From assembly GCA_002816455.1 (NCBI GenBank), contig MUCR01000019.1:107-64106 (forward strand): 64,000 bases of DNA. Reading direction: 5' to 3'. Under the pieces are notes generated by a model. That model ran no database searches. It saw only the letters and a list, made by a program, of their open reading frames with translations, and was not told the DNA's origin. Of the stretch, positions 1 through 8,584 are shown piece by piece. How positions within the stretch are numbered: position 1 is the first letter of the stretch; each line of letters begins with the position of its first letter. Source of the DNA: SAR202 cluster bacterium Io17-Chloro-G4 (GTDB lineage Bacteria; Chloroflexota; Dehalococcoidia; Lucifugimonadales; UBA3495). A program made the translations under genes and the position numbers.

Positions 1-153
1 CTCGTTGATCTGCTCGACCACTTTCCGGCTCTCGTCTTCCAGCACATCGCCAATGGACACGCAGGCGCCCTCCGCAGCGAACATGCGAGCTTCCACGGCA
101 CCCATGCCCCTACCGCCGCCGCTGATAAAAGCAACCTTACCTTCCAGTCTCAT
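1..153 (-). CDS. SDR family oxidoreductase, N-terminal part (runs off the window edge)
   Basis: Manual translation from the ATG at 153: MRLEGKVAFISGGGRGMGAVEARMFAAEGACVSIGDV, with a Rossmann GxxxGxG motif. Not in the ORF track. Confidence 0.9.
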   Translation of the reverse strand, partial: MRLEGKVAFISGGGRGMGAVEARMFAAEGACVSIGDVLEDESRKVVEQINE

Positions 154-200
154 CGTAATTCCCCACTTCTGAAGTTCTTTAGGAGGGGTCTTAGTCTCCG

Positions 201-1016
201 TTAATACCGGGTCTGCTGTTGCATGGGACTGTATGTGGCCGGGGTTACGGCCAAAAGCCCAGCGTCCACCGGCAAGACGATTCCAGTGATCCAACGTGCC
301 TCGTCGCTGGCCAGGAACAGGGCGGCATTGCCAATGTCCCAGCCGGTGCCCTCGGTGCCCAGCGGCCCGGAGTTCCGGCGGTGCTCCCTGAGATCTTCGT
401 CCATCCTCGGCGCCACCATGGGCGTGTAAACGAGGCCGGGGGCAATTGCGTTTACCCTGATGTTGTCCTTGGCGTGGTCTGCGGCCATGGACAGCGTTAA
501 GCCTATGACCGCTGCTTTCGAGGTGGTGTAGGGCGTGCTGCTGTGGGCCCGCAGCCCAGCAATCGACGATATGTTGATGATGGCGCCTCCGCCGGTTTCA
601 ATCATCTTGGGTATAGCCGCCTTGCTGGCCAAAACCATGGTCTTGACGTTGATGTTCATCACCTTGTCCCAATCTTCTTCGGTGACCTCCACAACTGTCC
701 CGCGCTGAGAAACGCCCACGTTGTTGTCCAGAATGTCCAGGCGGCCATATCGGTCAATGGCCGCGTCCACCATCAGACGGCAGTCCTCAGCGCTGGTGGC
801 GTCGGCCTGAAAAACCGAGGCCACGCCGTTCTCCTCCTGGATCATCGCCAGGGTTTCTTCAGCCCGGTCCTTGGCAAAGTCCACCAGCAGGACTTTGGCC
901 CCTTCCCTTGCGAATAATACGGCCGTGGCTTTGCCGTTGCCGATGCCAGCGCCGCTGGACCCCGCTCCGGTCACTATGGCTACTTTCCCTTCCAATCTGG
1001 GACGTCGTTCAGGCAT
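201..1016 (-). CDS. SDR family NAD(P)-dependent oxidoreductase
   Basis: TGAG..GIGNG, NNVG, YTTSK (YxxxK) and IRVNAIAPG motifs. Confidence 0.93.
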   Translation of the reverse strand: MPERRPRLEGKVAIVTGAGSSGAGIGNGKATAVLFAREGAKVLLVDFAKDRAEETLAMIQEENGVASVFQADATSAEDCRLMVDAAIDRYGRLDILDNNVGVSQRGTVVEVTEEDWDKVMNINVKTMVLASKAAIPKMIETGGGAIINISSIAGLRAHSSTPYTTSKAAVIGLTLSMAADHAKDNIRVNAIAPGLVYTPMVAPRMDEDLREHRRNSGPLGTEGTGWDIGNAALFLASDEARWITGIVLPVDAGLLAVTPATYSPMQQQTRY

Positions 1017-1111
1017 AGCTGCTACCCCCTGGGATATTTAGACAAAAGTAGGACTAGGCAAGGGTACCATCTATAAATTGGAAGCGGTTGTCAAGTTCTG
1101 GATTATCCAAC

Positions 1112-2395
1112 CTACGAGTTTGCCCAACCGAAGATCTGCTTTAGCCACCTCCTGCCGGTGATCCCCAAGAGCAGAAGCCCGCCTAACACCGCCACGACCG
1201 GAATCCACCACAACGTTGTCCCGCCATCCACCGGCGTTGCTTGGGGCTGATTGGAAGTCTGCGTGGTTGTCTCATCCCGCGGTGGCGCATCCCCTGTGAT
1301 GAACCCGAGTTCTGAGGACAAGCGTCCCGTGGCGCCGTAGTAAACCTCCGCGATGAAAATGTGATTCCCCGGCTCCAATCTTCCGCTTAGGCTAAATGTC
1401 ATCTCACCGGTCGCTCCCGGCAAAAGCAGGTTTGGGCCACCGGTGAGCCTTGCGCCCATGGTTTCTCCTCTTTGGGAACGCACCGAAGCCTGCATCCTGG
1501 GCCGTAGAGCTAAATCTCCTTCGTTAACCAGCAACATCACGAACTGCCGTTCCTCGTCCGGACCTGCTTTTACCTGTAGCTCTTTGAGGATCAATGACGG
1601 TCGGTCGGCAAAGGAGATTTCCTTGGTTACCGGCTGGTCCCCGCCAAAGGAGATGCTGGCCCTGGCCGTGTATGTTTCGCCGGCAGTCAATGCCAACCCC
1701 GGCTCGGCGGTATAGCTTAGCTGCTCTCCGGGGAGCGCTAATTCGGCCACGGGGAATGCCGGGTTTTCAGGCACCTCTCCCTGCGGCCCGATGACTTGGA
1801 CCGCTCCTTCTGTGGAAAAATGCAGATTGCCGGTGTTGGTCAACCTCAAATTGAACCCTATCAGACCGTTGGGCTCCAAAACCGGCAGAAACTCTGTAAC
1901 CTCCGCCAATCGAGTCAACGGCTGCCGACCCTGAACATTTACCACCACCGGCAGGTCGGACTGGGCATCAGTCACTCCAAAGTCCTGGGTGGAGTCCACC
2001 GATTTAACCTCAAATCCTACCAGTGCGTATCGGCCACCGGAATCCAGGTCTTGGTCCGGTACCTGGGCTGTAACCTCGACGGTTATTTCTTCAAAACCCG
2101 CCATCAGGAACCTGGAAGGTTCGAGCTTTATCCATTCAGTGGCTGATAGACCAGCCTCCCCGGCCAAGTCCACCACGAAGGAATTAACTTGGACCGGATG
2201 GCGGGCTATATTGGACACGGTGATCAACTGGCTGGAAGACTCACCCGCCGCCAAGTTAATCTCAACGACGGATGGCACTACGAAAACACCCACATCGTCG
2301 GCCCGGGCCAACGGAGCAGGCTGGATGCTCAACGCCGCCCATGAAACTACCGCCAAAACCAGTAGGACTAGAAGTCTGCCGCTGAAACCGCTCAT
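1112..2395 (-). CDS. Secreted, C-terminally membrane-anchored protein with tandem Ig-like domains
   Basis: Signal peptide (LARA|D), repeated NxGN/D-type beta-sandwich motifs (LTNTGNL, LVNEGDL), T/Q/P linker, C-terminal TM helix followed by RRW. Confidence 0.7.
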   Translation of the reverse strand: MSGFSGRLLVLLVLAVVSWAALSIQPAPLARADDVGVFVVPSVVEINLAAGESSSQLITVSNIARHPVQVNSFVVDLAGEAGLSATEWIKLEPSRFLMAGFEEITVEVTAQVPDQDLDSGGRYALVGFEVKSVDSTQDFGVTDAQSDLPVVVNVQGRQPLTRLAEVTEFLPVLEPNGLIGFNLRLTNTGNLHFSTEGAVQVIGPQGEVPENPAFPVAELALPGEQLSYTAEPGLALTAGETYTARASISFGGDQPVTKEISFADRPSLILKELQVKAGPDEERQFVMLLVNEGDLALRPRMQASVRSQRGETMGARLTGGPNLLLPGATGEMTFSLSGRLEPGNHIFIAEVYYGATGRLSSELGFITGDAPPRDETTTQTSNQPQATPVDGGTTLWWIPVVAVLGGLLLLGITGRRWLKQIFGWANS

Positions 2396-2431
2396 ACGTC
2401 CTCGTGACTAAAAGAACTGATTGCCCATGGC

Positions 2432-3994
2432 TTACTCCACGATTGGCCGGGAAACTATCCATAAGCTAACGATGGTGTAGAGGACCATCAAGCCCAGCAT
2501 GGGTAGCTGGCTTTTAACCACCAAATCGCGATTGCCGAACAGCACGATGGCCCGAATGTGGGATAGGAATACGGCTATCATGTGACCGACGACTATCACG
2601 ATAATGGAGAAAAACCAGATGAACCGGGCGTTGGTTATCCCGATGTTTATTAGATAGTCCCGAGTACCGAACAGGTCCCAACCGAAGCCAAATGGGTCGG
2701 AGATCAGCGGGATGATCAGCTGTCCCTGGATTAGCAGGAAGCTCAGGAAGTGAGCAAAGTTATAGGCAAGGGCAATCGGTATCAGGGAAAAAACAAAGGC
2801 TTTAGCCAATGCGCTGGCAGTATCTTGATTGCCCGTCACCCGGCGCATAACATAAGTGAAGGTGAAATAGACTGCAGCAAAGGCCAGCGGGAAACCGATT
2901 AGGCCCATTGTGTTGGCGATTGTGACTCCATTGAGCCAATCTTTGGTCAAACTGGGAAACCAGTCAAAGAACTGACTCTGTACTTCCACCCACTCGGGGG
3001 TTGCGCCGAATCCGTCAAAAGTGACGGTGGACAACATGAGCAACACCATGGCCATAACGTCGCCGCCGATGTTGCCGGCGGTGTGCAAACCCACTGCGGG
3101 GGGCCGCAGATTGAACTGGACGTCCTCAGCGAACTCGGCACACTCGTAGCAGTCCACACATCCTTCGAATCGGTTCCCAGCTTGACCTTCTGGGTGGCAC
3201 GATTCGGATCCGCAATCCTCGCACACCTGGCTCTCCACTACCCGGACCTCCGTGATGGAGAAGCGTGCCAAGTAGCCGAACACGACAGAGAACGCCTCCC
3301 CGTGCCGCAACCACCTGTGTTTACCGAATAGAAACATTCCGACGAATGTGATGGCGCTGTAGGTCAGAGCCATGGCTGCTAATCTTCGCGGCTCGGCGCT
3401 GCCGCCAAAGGAGTTCTCCGCCCAAGCAAAAGCGAAGAAAAGGGCCACCGCAGGCCAAATGCCCAGCCTCTCTGGATAGTGCCACCCTAGCGTCAAATCG
3501 CGGTCAGGACGGATTATGTCGTAGATGCCTTCAGCCCATCCGTAAATCGCCTTCCAAGGATTGACCAGGGCCCATAGGTTGCCGAACAAGGCAATAAAAA
3601 AGCCCATGCCCACCCACCAGATGACCCAAATGAAGGTGGGAGCGAGGTTGTCCGATGGCGGAGTCTCGCCGAACACCCCCACTGCCACAATCAAGCCTAA
3701 GCCAAATACCGCAAACACCTTTATGGGCAAAAGCACCGGCCCGGCCAGAACCAAGCGAAGCACGGTGTTTTGGATCAGGTTTATGCGGGGATACGCAAAC
3801 CGCCGGAATTCACCCTCTACCGCTACGCCTATAAGGACAAAGGAGAGGACCACAGCTGCGCCGCCGCCCACCACGAAGAACGTGAGGGGCACTGGCAGGT
3901 CGTATCGCTCGCCAAAACCATGAGCATAGGCCGTCTGGGCCAGCAAAGCGGTAACGATGGCCAGCAACACAAAGAGAAATTTTGGTCGAAGCAT
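2432..3994 (-). CDS. Polytopic membrane protein of the FedB ('fenitrothion hydrolase')-like family, related to polyferredoxin membrane domains, with a Cys-rich loop
   Basis: AHGFGERYDLPVP start, NLAPTFIWVIWW..GNLWALVNPW, SLIPIALAYNFAH, SDPFGFGWDLFG, SQLPMLGLMVLYT; loop CEDC-x4-C...CVDCYEC. Start uncertain (3994, 4033 or 4069). Confidence 0.75.
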   Translation of the reverse strand: MLRPKFLFVLLAIVTALLAQTAYAHGFGERYDLPVPLTFFVVGGGAAVVLSFVLIGVAVEGEFRRFAYPRINLIQNTVLRLVLAGPVLLPIKVFAVFGLGLIVAVGVFGETPPSDNLAPTFIWVIWWVGMGFFIALFGNLWALVNPWKAIYGWAEGIYDIIRPDRDLTLGWHYPERLGIWPAVALFFAFAWAENSFGGSAEPRRLAAMALTYSAITFVGMFLFGKHRWLRHGEAFSVVFGYLARFSITEVRVVESQVCEDCGSESCHPEGQAGNRFEGCVDCYECAEFAEDVQFNLRPPAVGLHTAGNIGGDVMAMVLLMLSTVTFDGFGATPEWVEVQSQFFDWFPSLTKDWLNGVTIANTMGLIGFPLAFAAVYFTFTYVMRRVTGNQDTASALAKAFVFSLIPIALAYNFAHFLSFLLIQGQLIIPLISDPFGFGWDLFGTRDYLINIGITNARFIWFFSIIVIVVGHMIAVFLSHIRAIVLFGNRDLVVKSQLPMLGLMVLYTIVSLWIVSRPIVE

Positions 3995-4102
3995 AAGGTT
4001 ACCTTTGGCGAATCTGGCGGCGGCCCGTTTCATGCTAATCCAAACATGCTGGAGGCCATCGCCGTTCAAGCCTATTTGCGTATTCGTCGGGGTTAAGGCT
4101 GG

Positions 4103-4519
4103 TTACCGAGGCCTCACCTCCAATATTCCTATCTCCAATTCCCCTTCTTCATTTTCACCGCCTTCGTCGTGCTCTTCTTCGCCTTCGTGTTCTTCCTCAG
4201 CAGCGTGGAAGGTGATCTTGAATCTGCCGGTGATATCCGCGAGGACGAAGAAATCCGTGGGCACGCCTGCTTCCACGTCCATTTCTACATCGTAGCCGTG
4301 AAGATGGAATTCCCCGGCCTCCTCCGTCTCTATCATTAGCGTAACCATGTCGCCTTGTTTCACCTGAATCGTCCCTGGGGTCAGGCTTCCGCCTTCCAAC
4401 TTTATGGGAATATCCAGTTCCTCCGGTTCGCCGCCGCCGCAAGCGGCGATCAACATGAGTAAAATTCCCCCAAGAATGAGTAAAATTATCGGGTTTTTAA
4501 AGCAAATTGGTGTCTTCAT
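4103..4519 (-). CDS. Cupredoxin-fold lipoprotein with an acidic/His loop
   Basis: Lipobox IAAC, PGTIQVKQGDMVTL, EFHLHGY, GRFKITFH, EEEHEGEEEHDE; AGGAG SD upstream. Confidence 0.8.
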   Translation of the reverse strand: MKTPICFKNPIILLILGGILLMLIAACGGGEPEELDIPIKLEGGSLTPGTIQVKQGDMVTLMIETEEAGEFHLHGYDVEMDVEAGVPTDFFVLADITGRFKITFHAAEEEHEGEEEHDEGGENEEGELEIGILEVRPR

Positions 4520-4520
4520 G

Positions 4521-4625
4521 TCTAGCTCCTTTCATGATTGGCAGGCAGCAACCCAAACGAACGCCCAGTTTCCGAACAACCAGGCATGCCGGGCCAACAG
4601 GTATTGGTAGAGGAGAGGAGCTAGA
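4521..4625 (-). promoter_or_regulatory. Anti-Shine-Dalgarno / SD duplex linking the leader ORF stop to the cupredoxin RBS
   Basis: + strand tctagctcct (4521-4530) is the exact reverse complement of aggagctaga (4616-4625). On the mRNA, UCUAGCUCCU (containing the leader stop UAG) pairs with AGGAGCUAGA, 1 nt before the cupredoxin AUG. Confidence 0.7.
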
Positions 4626-5040
4626 GTTGCGGGGGCTTCTCGAGAGGTGGGGTTTTCCAGCTATCGGGGACCTGGTTTCCACCGATGAAAGCGAACTCGT
4701 GGATCCCCGAGGAGGGTTCCGGGAAAGCCCATGAGGCAGGGTCAATGGTCAGCGCCATTGGGGAATAACTTTGCCCCAAGCTTTCATCTGGCGTTAAATA
4801 TAAGACTCCGTCGGTGCCTGAGAACGACCTTCTCTGCGTATCCTGCACGACTGCATGGGCAAGCATATCGTCGTGGATGTGAACCGCCTCGAAAGGATGC
4901 TCGTGTTCGAGATGGAATGATCCAACAAACGCATGGGCATGATGGGGTAATCTCTCGGCGAAGTGGTGGTCTAGGACTGGCCCCAAGGCGGAAAACATCA
5001 GAAGGGCAAGTGACACTATCACCAAGAAACGGGCCGCCAT
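4621..5040 (-). CDS. His-rich membrane-targeted small protein with a C-terminal Pro-rich motif; candidate metal-sensing leader/arrest peptide (DUF2946-like architecture)
   Basis: N-terminal hydrophobic helix FLVIVSLALLMFSALG, DHHFAERLPHHAH..HLEHEHPFEAVHIH, C-terminus KTPPLEKPPQL*; alternative start 5121. Confidence 0.65.
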   Translation of the reverse strand: MAARFLVIVSLALLMFSALGPVLDHHFAERLPHHAHAFVGSFHLEHEHPFEAVHIHDDMLAHAVVQDTQRRSFSGTDGVLYLTPDESLGQSYSPMALTIDPASWAFPEPSSGIHEFAFIGGNQVPDSWKTPPLEKPPQL

Positions 5041-5195
5041 ACGAGGTCCGGCCTGAGAAGCAGTATCCTCTAGACTGGCGTTTTTTTCAGGACCACGAAA
5101 TCCGCCGATTGTTTCCATCACTCCATTTTACTCCGGTGCTTGTGGTGACCAATAGGTCGGGTTGAGTGAGGTATCGGTGCTTGAGCGCCCTTTTA

Positions 5196-5768
5196 TCAGC
5201 CTGCCTCGGGCTTCCCTTTGCCTGGGAACTTTCCCCAAACAAATATGCCCACAGCCAGCGTAACGACTACAACGGCCGCTATCAAAACAATTTTGAGTCC
5301 GTCGCCGCCTTCTTTAACTTCCACTGGCACTATGGCGGTGGTTTGCCCCAAGTCCGATGAAACGGCCAAGAGAATTCGCCAACTCCCCACAATATCGAAG
5401 GGGAGGTCGGTTTCAAAAAAGCTGGGCGTGTAGCTGTTCGGCGCTGAAATATTCTCGAATGGCGTCGAGCCTTCGGGGCCGGTCGCGGACACATCTACGG
5501 TAGCCGTGGTCAATATCTCGCCGGTGTCCAATGCGCGCAATAGTACGCTAATGTGGGTATTGCCCACCACCGCCTGTCCAGGCAACAGACTGATATCGAT
5601 AATGTATGGTCCGGATTCTTGGGAAGAGATTAGCTTGGCTCGTCCGTTGGCCTGGATTGTGCTGGGGAACAAGCCCACGAGGACTAAGAAAATAGCGAGA
5701 GCCGACGAGAGCGCCGTTATGCTTAGGTCGGAGTTATGCTTAGGAAATTTTGAGGGCCAAGTCCGCAT
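5196..5768 (-). CDS. YtkA/FixH-like Ig-fold exported protein with a C-terminal TM anchor
   Basis: Signal-like segment, GPYIIDISLLPGQAVVGNTHI, FDIVGSWRILL, C-terminal TM plus basic tail; start uncertain (ORF extends to 5894). Confidence 0.6.
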   Translation of the reverse strand: MRTWPSKFPKHNSDLSITALSSALAIFLVLVGLFPSTIQANGRAKLISSQESGPYIIDISLLPGQAVVGNTHISVLLRALDTGEILTTATVDVSATGPEGSTPFENISAPNSYTPSFFETDLPFDIVGSWRILLAVSSDLGQTTAIVPVEVKEGGDGLKIVLIAAVVVVTLAVGIFVWGKFPGKGKPEAG

Positions 5769-5996
5769 TAATAATAAATGGTAACACCGGTTTTTTGCGA
5801 GCGGCAACCGGAAGTCTCGAATTATGCATCCTTTCGGCTCTGAACCCGGATTCGTGTATTCAGAAAAATATCCGTGCCTTGCCATAGCTATCATTTAAAG
5901 ATATCTATGGGTACCGGTAATGTATGTTCTTGACTCCCAGTTAGGTGCGGCTTACACTGAAATCGTTAATAACCCCAATATGGATGTAAGGCCTGC

Positions 5997-7889
5997 ATGA
6001 CTGGACCCTTAGCACCGGGCGAAGACGTCGCCCTATTTATCGACTGGGAAAACTTTAAAATCAGCTTGGCTACCGGGCGCCGCCACCCAAACGTTTCGGC
6101 GCTGAAAGAAGAAGTATCCAATTTAGGCCGCGTTGTAGTGGCCAAAGCTTACGCCGACTGGGTAACCCGGGCCCCCGAACTTAGGGGCGCCAGCCAGTTC
6201 ATTAACGACCCCCCTGCCCTCTACGCCGCTGGCATCGAGCCGGTCTACGTCCCCACTCGCCTATCTTGGGGCGGGGCGAACCCCGAATCTGTCCGTCACA
6301 CCAGGGTTAAAAACAGTGTCGACGTGAAGATGACGGCTGACTGCATCGAGTGCGCCCACTCCTACCCCAACATCGGCACTTTTGTATTGGTATCTGGTGA
6401 CTCCGACTTCATCCATGTGATGAACACCCTTCGTACTATGGGCAAGCGGGTAGTGATTATCGGCGTGTCCTGGGCCACCTCCAGACGGTTGGTCGACCAA
6501 TCGGACGGCCTGATTCTCTACGACGTGGACGTAGACCCGGTAGTGCCTGCCTTGGAACCGGCGTCGGAACCGGTCCCAATAGGAAATGGCCGAGCGCCGA
6601 CTACACCCGCCGCTCCAACTCCAGTAAACTCCGGTCGCCAACCGCGGCCTGAACTAAGCGAAGTCATCAAGGAGATCGAAGAGATTGTCCGTAGCGAGAG
6701 AGCGGCCGGGGGCAATCCCTTATTGACTTCTATCAAGCAAAGGGTCATGCGCCGCTTCCCCAATTTCGACGAGAAACAACTTGGCTTTTCCGGGTTCAAG
6801 AAGCTTATGGCTCGGGCCGCTCAGGAAGGGAATATCAAGCTGGTCACCGCCGGTCTCGTCGATTGGGCAACCATGGCCGACGAAGATGTGGATGCGCACG
6901 GTCAAGTGCCGTCAGACAGCCGTTCAGCTACAATCGAAGAGCCGGTTGAAATCCAAGAGCCCAAACCGCGTCGGCGTTTTCCCTTCCGGTTTGGCACGGG
7001 ACGAACTAAGAATGAGGAACCAGCACCAACCGAGTCAATACTCGATGATGATGAAGATTCCGAGGCAGTAGAGGCGCCTACGGAAGAGGTTGAGGAGATT
7101 GTCCGTAGCGAGAGAGCAGCCGTGGAGCTTCCAGAAGAAACGGCGGTTGAAGTAACGGGACTTGCCGCGACTGAATATGCGCCAGCAGTGACCGGTTTTA
7201 TGCCTACCGAATCTGCTCCAATCGAATCTCAAGAAGAAGAATTTGCGGCGTTCGAGACTGTAGCGGCAATGTCGCCGGAATTAGAAACCATGCTGGCCGA
7301 AGGTATCGCCGAATTGAACCTGCCGGAAGGCCCCGGCGACGGCCAAGATCCCCAGCGAATTTCAGACCTTATTATCATGGCCGACACTCTTGAGCATCGT
7401 GAAGGAATCAGCCATGTGGCGTTCAACTTCTTGGTCGGAGAAGTCTGCCAAGCCTTGGAAGAGGGACTAAAGGCCGAGTACGGGGAAATAACCCAGCGGT
7501 GGGCCAGCGTCTACTCGCGGGGTTACGTAAGCAAAATGTTCCGGGAACTCAGTTCCGGTAACGTTTTCACCCGTGGCTGGCATTCGTGGCGCGACGAAAC
7601 CTCCGGCCACAACCGGCGGCGGCGCACCTTTAACCTCCAGCGCAGCCATCCAATCGTGGTGCAGGTCTTGAAGGACCATTGGGCCTCTGGGGAAGGCGGG
7701 GAAGGCAATGAGTCCGCTGCCACCGAGACCGGCGTCATCACGAATTCGCAAGCTGGGCAATGGGACAACGGGTTCTCCGAGGACGCTCACACTATTGCCG
7801 GACCGGTCGCTGACAGCGAGATTGATGGCGAAGAAGGTGAAGAGTCCGGCAACGGATTTTTCTCCCGTTTGTTTAGCCCCAAGTCCTAA
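5997..7889 (+). CDS. NYN (LabA/DUF88) domain protein with OST-HTH/LOTUS domain and acidic C-terminal region
   Basis: FIDWEN, KAYADW, KNSVDVKM, LVSGDSDF, GKRVVIIG; LOTUS motif FPNFDEKQLGFSGFKKL. Confidence 0.88.
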   Translation: MTGPLAPGEDVALFIDWENFKISLATGRRHPNVSALKEEVSNLGRVVVAKAYADWVTRAPELRGASQFINDPPALYAAGIEPVYVPTRLSWGGANPESVRHTRVKNSVDVKMTADCIECAHSYPNIGTFVLVSGDSDFIHVMNTLRTMGKRVVIIGVSWATSRRLVDQSDGLILYDVDVDPVVPALEPASEPVPIGNGRAPTTPAAPTPVNSGRQPRPELSEVIKEIEEIVRSERAAGGNPLLTSIKQRVMRRFPNFDEKQLGFSGFKKLMARAAQEGNIKLVTAGLVDWATMADEDVDAHGQVPSDSRSATIEEPVEIQEPKPRRRFPFRFGTGRTKNEEPAPTESILDDDEDSEAVEAPTEEVEEIVRSERAAVELPEETAVEVTGLAATEYAPAVTGFMPTESAPIESQEEEFAAFETVAAMSPELETMLAEGIAELNLPEGPGDGQDPQRISDLIIMADTLEHREGISHVAFNFLVGEVCQALEEGLKAEYGEITQRWASVYSRGYVSKMFRELSSGNVFTRGWHSWRDETSGHNRRRRTFNLQRSHPIVVQVLKDHWASGEGGEGNESAATETGVITNSQAGQWDNGFSEDAHTIAGPVADSEIDGEEGEESGNGFFSRLFSPKS

Positions 7890-7958
7890 GGCAATTAGCC
7901 GGACCGGATATCCCTATCGCAACGGTGCGATTCCGCATCGCCAGGCGATTTTAAACCC

Positions 7959-8300
7959 TCAAAATTCCAACCCCAGGCTTCGATGGATAGCGACATCTAC
8001 TTCCGCTAGCTTTGGGTCCCGTAGCTCACCAACCAGCCGCCCAAGCCGAGATTGATCGATAGTCTGAATATGTTCGCACTTGACTATGCTAGCCCTCGGT
8101 AAGCCGCTTTCTTGAGACTCGATTAAAACCTGGAACGGATAGTTGCTTCCCTCGCTTGTGGAAATCGCAGCGATTATAGTAGTAGGGCTGAATTGATTTC
8201 CTATGTCGTTTTGAATGATTAGCGCAGGCCGCGTTCCCGCCTGCTCAGACCCACGCCCACCGGACCAATCCACGTAGTAAATCTCTCCCCGCTTAACCAT
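7959..8300 (-). CDS. mazF: Type II toxin, PemK/MazF family endoribonuclease
   Basis: MVKRGEIYYVD..GSEQAGTRPALIIQNDIGN..SGLPRASIVKCEHIQTID; ATG at 8300 overlaps the antitoxin 3' end by 8 nt. Confidence 0.92.
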   Translation of the reverse strand: MVKRGEIYYVDWSGGRGSEQAGTRPALIIQNDIGNQFSPTTIIAAISTSEGSNYPFQVLIESQESGLPRASIVKCEHIQTIDQSRLGRLVGELRDPKLAEVDVAIHRSLGLEF

Positions 8301-8541
8301 CCCGCAGGACCACATCGCCGGTGAGCCTCGTGGCCTCCTCAGCCTCACGCAAGTTTTCTTCTCCCCACTCCCGGTACCCTTGGGCCATCAGTTCCTCAGT
8401 ATTGGCCTTGCTTTCTTTCCTGAGCAAATCGGCGATGACGCCGCTTCTGGTCGTTGACCATTCTTTGGCGAGGCGGTCAGTCACATCAAGGAGCGAGGAC
8501 GGAAGGCTAATTGTAATTTTGCTTGATTTCTTTTCTTTCAT
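8293..8541 (-). CDS. Ribbon-helix-helix antitoxin (CopG/NdoAI-like)
   Basis: KITISLPSSLL..TRSGVIADLL..ELMAQGYREW; directly upstream of mazF. Confidence 0.88.
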   Translation of the reverse strand: MKEKKSSKITISLPSSLLDVTDRLAKEWSTTRSGVIADLLRKESKANTEELMAQGYREWGEENLREAEEATRLTGDVVLRDG

Positions 8542-8562
8542 ACTCTTTTGCCACCAATAATA

Positions 8563-8579
8563 TCATACCGGAAGTGTGA
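8563..8579. promoter_or_regulatory. Putative TA autoregulatory operator overlapping a -10 element
   Basis: Inverted repeat tcatac-N5-gtgtga just upstream of the antitoxin start; reads TATGAT on the minus strand. Confidence 0.5.
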
Positions 8580-8584
8580 CCATA

